A DNA stretch of 64,000 nucleotides, from assembly GCA_951406725.2 (NCBI GenBank), contig OX597823.1:28644001-28708000 (forward strand). Direction: 5' to 3'. Made by a program: the position numbers and the translations under genes. How positions within the stretch are numbered: position 1 is the stretch's first letter; every line of letters begins with the position of its first letter. Shown in pieces: positions 14,790 through 27,918 of the stretch. The DNA comes from Octopus vulgaris (Eukaryota). The notes beneath the pieces are model-generated. The model did no database searches, was not told the DNA's origin, and saw only the letters and a list, made by a program, of their open reading frames with translations.

Positions 14790-15289
14790 GCTTTTACACA
14801 GCTTCTAACGCTGGAGATGTACTACGGTGTAAGCTGTTCACTACCAATGAACTAAGTTAACACCTTTTATTTTTGGAGCACCTACCGGATTATTCGAGCG
14901 GTTTCAAGCAGTGCTGTTTTCTGCAAATGATTCACCCTTGCTGCAGCCCCTATTTGTTCCATGTACTTCTCAAGATTTTTACTCTGTTCCTAGTACTCCG
15001 GCAATTATTGGTACTACTACCACCTTTTTCATCGACCACAACTGCTGAACCTCCCATATCTATCGACTTTTCTTTCTTCCTTATTGCATACCTTGTTGTC
15101 AGCTGGGCATGCTATAGCTATGATCTAGCATAGTTTGCTTTCTTTCTCAATGAAAACTATGTCCGGATTCCTATTTTCTATCTCATGGACGCACTAAATC
15201 ATAAAATCCCACAGGATCTTTGCATTATTATTTACGATGATGCCTTCTGGTTTGTGGTCGTACCAATTTTTTTCTCTATCAAGTCTATC

Positions 15290-15290
<1 letters not shown>
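14790..15290 (-). mobile_element. R4/Dong-like LINE 3' fragment (RLE domain)
   Basis: Homologous to 21870-22270; ILWDF..RNPDIV..IACP..LQKTALL; abuts (TTA)n. Confidence 0.8.
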
Positions 15291-15357
<67 letters not shown>

Positions 15358-15379
15358 CATTATTATTATTATTATTATT

Positions 15380-15815
15380 ATTTTAATCTGCATCTTCGTT
15401 ACAGTCACTTGCCGAGACACACCCAGTGTCCTGGGGCGAGTGAAGTATAAGGGATGTTAGAGCATGACTGAAGGCATGGGGAGGGTAAGTAGCGAAATAT
15501 CGTCATGTAATGCAACACATATATTTAAATATATAGGATTTCTGTAAGGATGTGGGCAGTACTTGTCAATACAATCTTTTGGATTTCTCTGAGATATGGT
15601 TCTCCTGGGATCTTATCTAGATGTTTCTGACATTCCTTTTTCATCATTACTAGGGTAACTACAATGTCAGGAACAGTTCTCGATTTTAAGATAACACATC
15701 TTCGTGTTTCGATTTCTAGGTCCTTATATTTACATTGTTCGTCAAATTCCTTGACAAATATTTTTATCAGTGGGAACAATTTCATCTATTACAGTACAGT
15801 TATCTTCTTCCCTGT
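15380..15815 (-). mobile_element. R4/Dong-like LINE 3' end
   Basis: KYKDLEIE...HLDKIPGEPYLREIQKIVLTSTAHIL; lies between TTA and TAA arrays. Confidence 0.8.
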
Positions 15816-16084
15816 CTTTAATAATAATAATAATAATAATAATGATAATAATAACAACAATAATAATAATAATAATAACAACAGTAATAACAATACTAAT
15901 AATAATGATAATATTAATAGTGAGAAAAAGAAGAAGAAGAAGAAGAAGAAGAAGAAGAAGAAAAAGAAGAAGAAGAAGAAGAAGAAGAAGAAGAAGAAGA
16001 AGAAGAAGAAGAAGAAGAAGAAGAAGAAGAAGAAGAAGAAGAAGAAGAAGAAGAAGAAGAAGAAGAAGAAGAAGAAGAAGATGA

Positions 16085-17200
16085 ACATATTGTTGTCCTT
16101 AAAGAATCTAACACGCTTTTCATACCTCGCTATGCGGGCAGCTTTAGCAGATACCTTTTGCTTGATGGCTTCTATGGTGGCATCAATGTCAAGTATGGTT
16201 TTCATATTATATTTTTTATTTAATTTTCTGGTTTTTGTAGGTTTGGTAGTCTTGTTAAACTTAAGGTTTTTCAGACATTCTATGTCAGTCCTAAGCAGCT
16301 CTTGCCAAGAAAATTTTTTGTGGGAATGTTGCCGTTTTCTAATCTTTTCACCACATAGAATTAATGAGATTTTCGTGGATGCATAGTACAGGTGATTGAG
16401 ATCTGTGATATCAACATCATTAGCTGAAATTATATCCTTTAGTGCAAGGCGGATTTTACCAATTATTTTAAGGTTTTGGTTAGAATTGCCGATTTTGGGG
16501 AGAGTATCACTTTCCTCCATACTGGTTTCTTTAATTTCAGCCCTTCAATCATGATTTAATTTTTTAGATCATATAGTTCTGTTGGGTCGATATTTGTGTG
16601 ACTTTCTTCATCTATTTGATGTTCATCTGTCTTAGTGTTTATGGTTGGGTCAGAGAATATTTCACTTTGCCTATCAATTACATTAACACTTTCAATCATT
16701 ACTGCGTTTTCATCAGTCCTGGGCTGGTCTGTAATTATTTCCTCTGTAGTATCTTCTTTAGCTACAGCTTCGTTCTTTTTATCCTTTACTGTTTGTTTAA
16801 TTTGGTCAATCTCTACTTCAATCAGTAATTGTTTTCTCATAATGTTTCTTCTAGCGTTGGCGAATTTGTTACTGTCTATTTAGGGTCTTACTTCAGGGTG
16901 TTTCTGTCTCCAGTTTAAGTAGATTTGTACAGTATTATATTTATCTGTGTGAAAATATATGGCATGGGAGAAGGCCGCAAGAACTTCTTTATTATCTTCC
17001 CTAGACCGTTTTTCATTCTTTTTCTTTTGGTTATATGATGTCGAGCATGGATGGCCATCTTTTGGAATATTCATGTTGTGGGGTACTTCCAGCTCCTGTG
17101 TGTCGGTAAGATTTGAACCAGTAGCTGATTTTTAAACCCAAATCTGGTTCAGCATTCGAGTATGTGGTTTTTGTATTCTGGTCGATGACCATTCCGGTTT
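16085..17200 (-). mobile_element. Non-LTR retrotransposon N-terminal region, probably R4/Dong
   Basis: Broken ORFs ..WRQKHPEVRP.., ..ITDLNHLYYAS.., KQKVSAKAARIARYEKR typical of the pre-RT region of R4-clade ORFs. Confidence 0.65.
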
Positions 17201-17346
17201 GTAACTTGTTTTGTTATCACTGAGGCATGACGAACTTCGACGTTGTCATTAGGGGACGGATCTGTCTATTTTGGGTTAATTTTTGTGACAACACCCCCTC
17301 CATGTTCTCTGCATGTAAACATTGCTCGTATCGTAGCTTCTTAAGG

Positions 17347-17843
17347 CTAGCAGATCTGTATTTCTTTTTGTTGATGGATTTATCTTCGAGCATAGTTTTT
17401 TTTTTGTGGTGTTTTTTAAACTTATGAATGGTACACTCTGTGTTAGGACAAAAAATTAAATAAAAAAGGAAAAGATTTGACTTTGATTTTGCTTCGTTTG
17501 TGACACTTGCTTTCATATGCGTGGGTGCGTGCCATGTAAATTTCATGTAGTTGTGTAAACATTGAGATGTATGTGTAGTCCTGTGGGTATCAAAATGTAT
17601 ACATGATTGTCTAGACATTCGAATGCATGCGTAATTACTCAATTTATGTATTTACTATTTTGTTCCATTTCTATTTTATAATTTGTAAACTTTCCAGTGT
17701 TGATATCGCGTGTGTTTCGCACATGTTTCATTGAGACACCGCGTGTAGGAGAAACTGTGCTTTGTATGGCAGTAGAATTTCGTTTTTTTTAGTATTTTCG
17801 TTAAAAGGCTGCTTCCGTCAAGTCTTCCACAGGTTCCTTTATC
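17347..17843. repeat. ~500-bp repeat, inverted copy of 22354-22840
   Basis: Shares GATAAAGGAACCTGTG..GGAAGCAGCCTTTTAAC..GAGTAATTACGCAT on the opposite strand; diverged. Confidence 0.8.
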
Positions 17844-17982
17844 TAATTCCATCGATGTTATTAGATTAGATTTGTTTTTTAATGGGGAGCCCGGTTTAGT
17901 ACATCCATGTTGTTATTCAGCGCAGGCCTTCTTCTTCTTCTTCTTCTTCTTCTTCTTCTTCTTCTTCTTCTTCTTCTTCTAT

Positions 17983-18900
17983 CACAGGTTTTGTTGGAGC
18001 TCCTAGAGTCCTGCATGCGCAGCGGGCTTGCTACCTGCAACAAACGGTACCAAGCTATCCATTCTTTTGGACTATCTATTATGTCCCTGATTATTCTGGC
18101 CTTGCCAAGGAGACAAACCTTTTGTAACAGTTCTACTGGGCTCGCTATTCCAGTTTCCGTTATATTCCTCTTAATGCCTTCTGATACTGTTCCCAAGATT
18201 CCTATAATATCTGGCCCTATCTTCATCTTCTTCATTTCCTATAGTCGGGCTGTTTCCTATTTAAAGTGCATTGTATTTATTTTTTCATCTTCCTTCTTGA
18301 CTATTTGTAGGTCAATGGAGCATATCTCATCTACTATGTAGCATCTACGGTGCACCTTTTCCACCACCACTAAGTCAAATCTGTTATGCTCTAGCATCTG
18401 ATCTGTTTTGATTAGGAAATCCTAGAGAAATTTGCAAGTCTCCGACACCGCCACTCTCTACGGTCTGCACTCACACCACTTCTTGCCTCTCTCTAGTCTC
18501 CACTTTTCGCACAGTTTCCAGAGTAGCACTTTCGATACCTGGTCGTGTCGCCACAACTTGTAATGTTTTAGGGCAAGTCTAGGGCATTCGTTCACGCTGT
18601 GGGCAATGGTTTCAGCCTCACTATTACAGATGTGGCACAATTGAGACATTCATTTTAAAGTGGACTCTCCAGTTCGTGGCCAAGGCTTGGTCTTGCGCTG
18701 CCAGAATAGTGCTGTTTGCCTTTTTGTTTCAGTGTTCCTTTCTTCAGCCAATCCCAACCATGTCTTCCAGCAACTTCTCTTGTGGCTACATAGAATTGAT
18801 TGTGGAGTCCCTTCTTGCGTAATTCTTCTTCAGGTCCCTTTTGTACTTATTTTATTCTACCTTTTTTGTCTGCTTTCATTTCTCTTTCATTCCTAACTGA
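17983..18900 (-). mobile_element. R4/Dong-like LINE 3' part (CCHC and RLE)
   Basis: CHICNSEAETIAHSVNECPRLA..YK..RHDQV; LLQKVCLLGKARII. Confidence 0.85.
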
Positions 18901-18907
18901 CACTAGC

Positions 18908-18932
18908 AATAATAATAATTAATAATATTATT

Positions 18933-18973
<41 letters not shown>

Positions 18974-19011
18974 CAACAACAACAACAACAACAATAATAA
19001 TAATAATAATG

Positions 19012-19067
<56 letters not shown>

Positions 19068-19120
19068 TATAATAATAATAATAACAACAATAATAATGAT
19101 GATAAGAATATTAATATTTA
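18908..19120. repeat. (TAA/CAA)n microsatellite
   Basis: Read directly from the sequence. Confidence 0.95.
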
Positions 19121-19429
19121 TATTACAGTCTTCTAATAGATGAATTATCTAAGATGACAATACACAAAAAATAAATCAAGACCACCCCCGACATCATCAA
19201 TAACGAAACAACAACATACCAACAACAAATAAAAACAGCATCAACAATGAAAGGGGAGCGATGACTATCAAAGCAAAATAATAGAGTTAATAAATTGCGA
19301 GGAGTTGATGGTTGTATCGCAATAATCTTTAGTGTAGTGGAATGAGTTATCTGATCTTGAATATAATCTGACATCTAATACTGCTTTGTGGTATTTGAGG
19401 TGGAGATGGAGTGAGACTTGGTGGGTTGG

Positions 19430-19431
<2 letters not shown>

Positions 19432-19467
<36 letters not shown>

Positions 19468-20545
19468 CGACGACGACGATGACGATGATGATGGTGATGA
19501 CGACGATGACGATGATGATGATGCTGATGATAACGACCATGACGATGATGATGATCATGACGATGATGACGATGGAGATGATAATGTTAATGATGATCGT
19601 GATGGAGATAACAATGATGATGATGATGATGATGATGGAAATGATGATCATGATGCTGATGATAACGACCATGACGATGATGATGATGATGTTACAGATG
19701 ATGATGATGGAGATGATGACGATGATGGAAATCATGATGGAGATGATGGTGATGATGATGATGATGGTGAAGATGGTGATGAAATTGATGTTGATGATGG
19801 GGATGACGATGATGATGATGGTGATGACGATGATGATGACGATGATGATGACGATGAAGATTGTGGTGGCGAGCCTGGGGATGCAGATGGTGACGGGGTT
19901 AGTTCATAGTGGTAGAGTTGATGGTGATGGTGATTTTGTGAGGGTGGTAGGCACGATGGGATCATAATGATGGTGGACATTTTGGTATTGGTGCTGGTGG
20001 TTGGTGGATGGTGGATGGTGGATGGTGGCTGCTTGTAGCAGTCGTCATAGCGTTTGCGAGGCGTTGCTGATAAGGATGATGGTGACGGTGATGATCGTGC
20101 TGAAGGCAGCCATGACGCTGAAGGCGGTAGTAATGGTGATGATGTTGCTGATGATGGCGATAGGAATGTTGAAGTGATTAAGGTAACTTCTTGTGATCAT
20201 AATGCTGATGATGGCGATGATGATGTAGGTGAGGAATATGACGCTTGTGATGGTAGTGTTTGAAATAGTAGATGCTGGAGATGTTCACAGTGATGCTGAT
20301 GGTGGTGGTAGTGGTGGTAGTGGTGGTGATGGTGGTGATAGTGGTGGTGATGGTGATAGTGGTGGTGGTTGTAGAGGGGGTGGTGGTGATGGTGGTGATG
20401 GTGGTGTTGGTGGTGGTTGTGGTGGAGGTGGTGATGTTGGACGCGGTGATGGTGAAGTTGGTGGTGGAGGTGGAGCTGTGGTGATGGTGATGGTGGTGGT
20501 GGTGGCGGTGGAGATGGTGATAGTGGGGAGTGACGGTGGATGTAA
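19432..20545. repeat. Degenerate (GAT)n grading into (GGT)n low-complexity tract
   Basis: Read directly; gives poly-D/M/G pseudo-ORFs. Confidence 0.9.
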
Positions 20546-20628
20546 TATTAGAAATGATTATCCTGTTTTTGAATAACTAGTTCATTTTTTTCAGAATTTT
20601 GAAATTTTTCCAGACCGTTGAATAGAAA

Positions 20629-21548
20629 ATGGACGAAAAGCAAATTCACACAATTTTCTTATTCCAGTTTAAGCTAGGCCGAAAAGCTGCTGAAACAGCT
20701 CGCAATATCAACAATGCGTTTGGCCCAGGAACCACTAATGAACGTACAGCACAATTGTGGTTCAAGAAATTTTATAGCGGTGACGAGAGTCTTGAAAATG
20801 ATAAATGTAGTGGTCGACCTTCGGATACTGACAACGATCAACTAAGAGCCTTAGTCAAAGCCAATCCACGCACAATTGTTCGAAAGTTTGTTTCTGAATT
20901 AAACGTAACGTATACGACAATTTCCAACCACTTAAAAGAGATTGGAAAAACAAAAATACTTTGACAAATGGGTGCTGCACGAATTGAACGACAACCAAAA
21001 AACAAAAACAAAAAAAATGCCGTTTTGAAGTGTCGTCTTCCCTTCTTTTACGCAACAAGAACAACCCGTTTCTCGACCGGATTCTTTACGACAACCGGCG
21101 ACGCTCAGCTCAGTGGTTGGACGCCGACGAAACTCCACGGCACTCTCCGAAGCCAAAGTTGTACCAAAAGAAGGTCATAGTGAATGTTTGGTGGTCTGCG
21201 GCCGGTCTCATCCATGACAGCTTTTTGGATTCAGGTGAAAACATTACGGCAGAGAAGTACTGTTAGCAAATGGATGAAATGCATAAGAAACTCCCACAAC
21301 AACAGCCAGCATTGGTCAATAGAAAAGGACCAATTCTTCCCCATGATAATGCTCGGCCATACGTCACACAACTAACCCTGCAGAAGTTGAACGAATTGGG
21401 TTACGAAGCTCTGCCTTATCCGCCATACTCAACAGACCTCTCGCCTGCCGATTATTATTTTTTCAAGCTTCTCGACAACTTCCTGCATAAGAAATGCTTC
21501 AAAAACCAAGACGATGCAAAACGCCTTCAGCTACTTCATCGCCACGAG
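20629..21548 (+). pseudogene. Mariner transposase, near full length, disrupted
   Basis: FKLGRKAAETARNIN HTH; WVLHEL (WVPHEL); HDNARP; YSTDLSPADY (YSPDLAP); frameshifts and stops. Confidence 0.92.
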
Positions 21549-21552
21549 AACG

Positions 21553-22275
21553 CAGGCAGACAGAGAAAAAAGATGGCTGTGGATGACTAAAAGCGATTTA
21601 AAACCGGAAACGGAGGCTCCGTTCTGTGCTGTGCAAGAGCAAGCACTAAGAACAAACTACATAAAATACAGAATAGACAGCACATCAGAAAGTGAAGAGT
21701 GCAGAATGTGTGGACAAAATGGTGAAACCGTACGGCATATTACCGGCCAATGTACGCCACTAGCCCAGAAAGAATATAAGAGACGCCACAACAATATAGC
21801 AAGGCTTGTCCATTGGACATATTGCAACATGTATGGATTTGACAGAACAAAAAATTGGTACGACCATAAACCCGAAGGCATCATGGAAAATGATAATGCA
21901 TAGATCCTGTGGGATTTTATGATTCAGTACGACCATGAGAAAGAAAGCAAACTATGCTGGATTATAGATATAGCATGCCCAGCTGACAGCAAGTTAAGCG
22001 ATGAGGAAGAAAAGTTGATATATATGACAGGTTAGCTTGGAAGGTTAAGCAGGTGTGGTCGATGAAAAAGGTGGTAGTAGTACCAATAATTGTTGGAGCC
22101 CTGGGAACAGTGAGAAGTACATGGAAAAACTAGGGACTGCAGTAAGGGTGGAGCACTTGCAGAAAATAGCACTGCTTGGAACCGCTCGAATACTCCTGAA
22201 GGTGCTCGAAAAATAAGGGGTGTTACATTAGTTCAGTGATAGTGAAAAGCTTACGCCGCAGACGCTGTGCAAAGG
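21553..22275 (+). mobile_element. R4/Dong-like LINE 3' part fused to the mariner
   Basis: QEQALRTNY..CRMCGQNGETVRHITGQC..YKRRHN, then RLE residues and LQKIALLGTARIL. Confidence 0.88.
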
Positions 22276-22353
22276 CAATAGTAACGACATGGATGTACAA
22301 CAGTGGGCTCTCCAGTCAATAACAAATCTATTCTAATAACGTTAGTGTAATGG

Positions 22354-22840
22354 GATAAAGGAACCTGTGAAGGAAGCAGCCTTTTAACAAAAATACTCAC
22401 AAAAATGAAATTTTACTGCCATACAAAGCACAGTTCCTTTTATGCACGATGTGAAACATGTGCGAAAAATACACGCGAAATCAACATCGGAAAGTTTACA
22501 AATTATAAAATATTGATAGAACAAAACAGTAAGTACATAATTTGAGTAATTACGCATACAGTTGAATGTCTACACAATTATATATACATTTTAATACCCA
22601 TAGGACTACACATTCATCCCAATATTTACACAACTACGTGAGATTTACAAGAGACGCACGTATACGAAAACTCGTATCGCAAATGAAGTAAAAAGAAAAA
22701 ACAAAAAAGACAAAATATTGTATTTATTTTTTGAACTAACACAGAGTGAAAAATTCATACGTTTAAAAACATCACAAAATACTATGCCTGGAGATAAATC
22801 TATCGATGAAAAAAGTACAGGTGAATACAGATCTGTTGGC
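22354..22840. repeat. ~500-bp repeat, inverted copy of 17347-17843
   Basis: See the partner copy. Confidence 0.8.
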
Positions 22841-22869
22841 GTTATGAGTAATGTTTATAAAATTTGAAA

Positions 22870-23465
22870 CCGCTGACAAATGGTATAAACACCATCCTGA
22901 AGCTGTGATTGAGGGAGAAAATGTGTCGATTCTCTGGAAATTCTCCGTACATACCGACAAAACTATAAAACCTGGATATCATTATAACTGGATATTATTA
23001 TAAAAGATCAGACAAAACAGGTGTGTTTATTAATTGACATCAGTATTCGTTGCGATCACAATATAGCGGCGAAAGAATTTGACAAACTCAGTAAATATAA
23101 AGACTTGCTAATAGAAATTGAAAAAAAACGTAACATCTCAAGGCGACTACAGTACCACTGAATGTAGGATCTCTCGGAATGATTAAAAAAAGGTACTAAA
23201 AACCTATTTCAAAATGATACCAGGCTTACCATTCCTAGAGGAAGTGCAAAAAATCGTGTTAACTGGAACGACTCATGTACCGAGAAAAGCATTATCGCTG
23301 TGAAAACAACATCCATTCATGAATTTATTTATTTATTAAGTTTTTAAATATATATTTTCCCTGTGAATTTGCGTGTGTAATCTGGGAATGCATACAATGA
23401 GCTTCTCTATTCTAGGTGTATAAGAAGACACTCGGCGAGAAATGGAAGGAAATTTGAGGAAAGAA
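22870..23465 (+). mobile_element. R4/Dong-like LINE 3' end
   Basis: WYKHHPE..ILWKF..PDI..LIDIS..KLSKYKDLLIE..VQKIVLTGTTHV; followed by (TAA)n. Confidence 0.85.
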
Positions 23466-23476
23466 GGATAATAATA

Positions 23477-23573
<97 letters not shown>

Positions 23574-23612
23574 TAATAATAACAGTAATAATAATAATAA
23601 TAATAATAATAA

Positions 23613-24168
23613 ATGCCCTGATGCAGTACCAGGCAGTGGCTCTCATGGCTTCTGATCTTAACTGATTGGAAGTGTTATCATGTACATTGTTTTGTCTTGG
23701 TATAAAAGATGGGCTACAGCAAATATTCTGCTCAATACCACAGATTTGCTTGTCAGTTGTTTGACCTTAACCAGTTGAGCATGTCCCTTAGTGGCTGACG
23801 ATATGTGCATCTCTGATCACGAGCAGAAGTAGTGGGGGAGCATCATGGCCATGTGTTGAGAGGGATTCTTTGGAGTTTGAATGGTTCACCTCTGGAAACA
23901 TAGGTGTTTCGTTCAACATCCTAAAGCAACCCTTATTCAGGGACCGTTTGAGCAGGATGGGCTACTCAACCTGAAGAAAATTCTAACTGGGCCCCACCTG
24001 CAAGGTCATGTGCTGTTTATCTTGATATGAGATCACCATGTCGCGCACATATGGTTGTGATGCATGTGCCTGGTGTACCTTTATCAGACGGGTAGTCATG
24101 ATGGGTATATTGGGCTTCGTATATTTTACCCCAGTGTCACTTTGATGGCATGAACTGCTCTCTCACTC
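23613..24168 (+). mobile_element. ~555-bp non-coding TAA-flanked element, copy 1
   Basis: ATGCCCTGATGCAG...CTCTCACTC with (TAA)n on both sides; other copies at 24190, 62970 and 56946. Confidence 0.9.
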
Positions 24169-24189
24169 AATAATAATAATATTGAAAAA

Positions 24190-24737
24190 ATGCCCTGACG
24201 CAGTACCAGGCAATGGCTCTCGTGGCTTCTGTTCTCAACTGATTGGAAGTGTTATCATGTACAGTATTTTGTCTCGGTATAAAAGATGGGCTACAGTAAA
24301 TATTCCGCTCAATACCACAGATTTGCTTGTCACTTGTTTGACCATAACCAGATGAGCATGTCCTATAATGGCTGACGATATGTGTATCTCTAATCACGAG
24401 CAGAAATAGTGGGGGAGCATCATAGCCGTGTATTGAAAGGAATTCTCAGAGGTTTGGATAATTCACGTTTGGAAACATGGGTGTTTCGTTGAACATCCTT
24501 AGACAACTCTTATTTGAGTGAGATGGGCTACTCGACAAGAAGAAAATTCTAACTGGGCCCCACCTGCAAGGTAACGCACTTTTTATCTTGATATGAGATC
24601 ACCATGTCACGCACATATGTTTGTGATGCATGTGATGCCTAGTGTATCCTTATCAGACGGGTAGTCGTGATGGTTACACTGGGCTTCGTATATTTTACTC
24701 CAGTGTCACTTTGATGGCACGCACTGCTGTCTCACTC
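24190..24737 (+). mobile_element. ~555-bp TAA-flanked element, copy 2 (more diverged)
   Basis: Colinear with copy 1. Confidence 0.9.
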
Positions 24738-24811
<74 letters not shown>

Positions 24812-24962
24812 TAATAATAATAATAATAATCTCAAACTTTGGTATAAGGCCAACAATTTGGACTTCCCTTTTAATCTATATATATATACATTATGTGTAT
24901 ACACACACACACACACACGCGCACACACACACATTATTTTCTCTCCCTGTTTATTTCTGTTC

Positions 24963-24998
24963 CTTTCTGTCGAAAAGCGTAGGCTCGAAACGTAAGAG
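24963..24998 (+). ncRNA. Hammerhead-like motif with A6U core (CUGUCGA)
   Basis: cttt-CTGTCGA-a-aagc[gtag]gctc-GAAA-cg-TA-agag. Confidence 0.5.
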
Positions 24999-25104
24999 AC
25001 TTTCTCACTTCCCGAGCATTACACTAATACACCTATTTGTTGTATACACCACCTCTCTTCATCTTTTGTTTTCTTGTAAATTCTTATTATATGTATGTAT
25101 ATGC

Positions 25105-25152
<48 letters not shown>

Positions 25153-25254
25153 TTGTTTGTGTGTGTATGTATATATATATATATATATGTGTGTGTATGT
25201 ATGTACCTATGTATATATATGTTCCTTTATTCTTTTCATTGGTTAAGTTGTTTT

Positions 25255-25624
25255 AGTGTGGCTATGCTGGAGTACCCCACTGAAGAATATTAGCTGAAAA
25301 AATAGCCCCTTAGATTGATTTCTTGAGACTAATACTTATTATATCGCCCAACTTTACTGAACCGCTTGATTAGCAGGTGGGAAGCATACAAATATCGGTT
25401 GATAGGCAGAACCCAAAAAACAGACTCAAAGACATACAAACATATAAATACACACACATTTGAACATACACATATTTATATATACAACGGGTTTCTTTCA
25501 GTTTCCGTTTAACAAATCCACTCACAAAGCTTTGGTCGGTCTGAGGCTATAGTAGAAGACAATTTACATAATGTACCAAGCAATGAGGCAGAACTCGGAG
25601 GCATATGGTCGGGGAGCAAGCTTC
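25255..25624 (-). mobile_element. Decayed tRNA-derived SINE, family C
   Basis: Reverse complement GTCTTCTACTATAGCCTC..CCGACCAAAGC..GTGAGTGGATTTG..CGGAAACTGAAAGAA; 3' CTCCAGCATAGCCACA shared with 55810 and 58915. Confidence 0.7.
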
Positions 25625-26452
25625 ATAGAACACAGGCACACCTGCACCAATGAAGTAGGTATGTAACACCATCGAGACCAGGAGAGGCATAATTGCGTTT
25701 ATTCTTTAGGTGGCGTTGCAGCATTGCTGGTGTAAATTGCATAGAAGATATAGAGTCCGATGTCAGTGGTGATGATGATGGAACATTTTGGTCTTCGACA
25801 GTAAAGATGCCGGCATAGCATCCAGCAATGATTTCTGCACATTCTTCGGGATTGCCAGTAATCTGTCCTGTGTGGGGATTGCGAAGGGGACCAACAGGAG
25901 AGTGGGGTCTCTGCTTTGAGTGCACATACTTCCAGAACCCTTTGCTGTCAGGGTTAGCTGCAATGCGTTGTTCAAATTCAAGCACTGCCTTTTTTGTCGC
26001 CTGCTTGAGGTGGTTGGCTGACCTATTGCGCTTTTTCCTGTTGCTCTCTGATTTGTGCAACTTGTATTCCCGTTCAGAATTATGGCGTTCTTTCCTGGCA
26101 AGTCGGACTGCTGCAGTCTCCCAAATTGCACTATTGGGTGGCTTTTTGTGCTTGCGTGGTTCTGATGCTGCACATGCTGCCCATATTGAATTCAGAATGT
26201 TCTGGAGTATAGTGTCCACATCTCCAGAGGCATAAAATTCGCGCCAGTTTGGGCGTTGCAGCTCAGTACAATAAGAGCTCCAGTTTGCTTTATTCCAGTC
26301 GAAGCGGGCATTCTGAAGATGGTTGTGTTTTTTGTTACAACCAATCAGAGACAAGTCGGCAATGATCATGGAATGATCAGAGTCACCCAAAGGTTCTTCG
26401 GTAGCGACACTAATGATTGTTTCAGGAGAAGCGTTAAGTAGCAGATCCAAAG
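25625..26452 (-). mobile_element. CR1/L2-like LINE ORF2 fragment (APE C-terminus, linker, RT start)
   Basis: TLDLLL..PLGDSDH..WNKANW..NPDSKGFWKYV..SPGLDGV in an unbroken ~275-codon frame. Confidence 0.85.
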
Positions 26453-26615
26453 TATGCATGTATTCATATATGTAAGTATGTATGTATATATCTATATATC
26501 TATTTATCAATATTTTTATCTAATTATTTATCTACCTACCTACCTACCTACCTACCTGCCTACCTACCTACCTACCTACCTACCTACCTACCTACCTACC
26601 TACCTACCTACCTAC

Positions 26616-26685
<70 letters not shown>

Positions 26686-27719
26686 GCGAGTGTCGCGTTG
26701 CTCTCAAGCAACTCTGCCGTCCCGGGTCGACCGTGAGTGACTTCAACACAACCAAAGCATTCTATAGGGGATTAGTGGAGGGGAGGTACGACGACGAGCT
26801 CGGGGCGAACCTGGACGTCGACGAGGAGTACCTGACCCGCCTGTTCAGGACGACTTTCGGGCCAGGGCCCATGGACAACTTCCAGAGATCCCTGGCCTGG
26901 CAGTGCTACCGAGAAGCGCTACCCGTTCGGGATAAGCTCTACAGACACGGCTCGAGAAACACGGGGCCCACCTGCCCGAGATGCGGTCAGAGCGACGAAA
27001 CCGTTCTGCACGCACTCGTGCAGTGTCCAACAATTTCCGACATGTGGGCTTATGTCGAACAACTGCTGTTACGTGTGGGACGAGTCGGTTTATCAGCTGA
27101 GTCGATCGTCAATATTGTCACGCCTCTTCCTTCAAACGGGAAGGAAGAGCTATTTTCATCATCCTTGTGGTTATGGCGAAAGAATGTATCTGGTGGACGC
27201 GTCTGAAAGGATTGGAGACAAACACTTTCCTCTCTGGTCAATCTCTCATCAACTTCTTCAAGTACCACTTGAAAAGGAAAGTGAGAGTAGAGAGGCAAGT
27301 TTTGTCTAGCGAATGTTTTAAAAAAAGATGGGTGAATGTAGCAAGGATGGCACGTATGAATGACGAAGCCACCTTGAGCATAATCCTATGAACCCAGAAA
27401 TTGAAAACAGAGGGTTACCCACTTGCAAACAAATGTGGTAACATATAACAATATTGACCAAGGTTACCGTGGTCTTTTTCGTAGGCTTTTCTTCCCACGG
27501 ATAAACCTTACTTGCTTTCCCCTTTACACCATATATCATAACACTGTGATACACGATCCCTATTGATCGTTCTTTTTTTCCTCTTCCCCTTTTTTCCCCT
27601 TTTTTTCTTCTTTTTCATTTCTCTTTCCTTTTGTTCCTTTTCCTTTTCTTTTTTTTTCTTTTTATTTTTTTATTTTATTCAATTTTTTTTTGTTCTTTTC
27701 TTCCCTTTTACGATCCCTC

Positions 27720-27720
<1 letters not shown>
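26686..27720 (+). mobile_element. Tx1/L1-like LINE 3' part within (TATC)n
   Basis: LAWQCYREALPVRDKL..CPRCGQSDETVLHALVQC; (CTAT)n on both sides. Confidence 0.88.
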
Positions 27721-27781
<61 letters not shown>

Positions 27782-27880
27782 GTCTATCTATCTATCTCTC
27801 TGTCTATCTATCTGTCTATCTATCTATCTGTCTGTCTATCTATCAATCTATCTATCTATCTATCTATTTATCTATCAATG

Positions 27881-27918
<38 letters not shown>

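Noticed and set aside
19386-20576. Poly-Asp/Gly ORFs as an acidic or biomineral protein exon
   Set aside because: The tract is open in several frames on both strands with no single frame maintained and no clear splice context; a degenerate trinucleotide tract explains it.
23613-23700. HDV-like ribozyme at the 5' end of the 555-bp element
   Set aside because: Hairpins are present, but I could not build the nested double pseudoknot.
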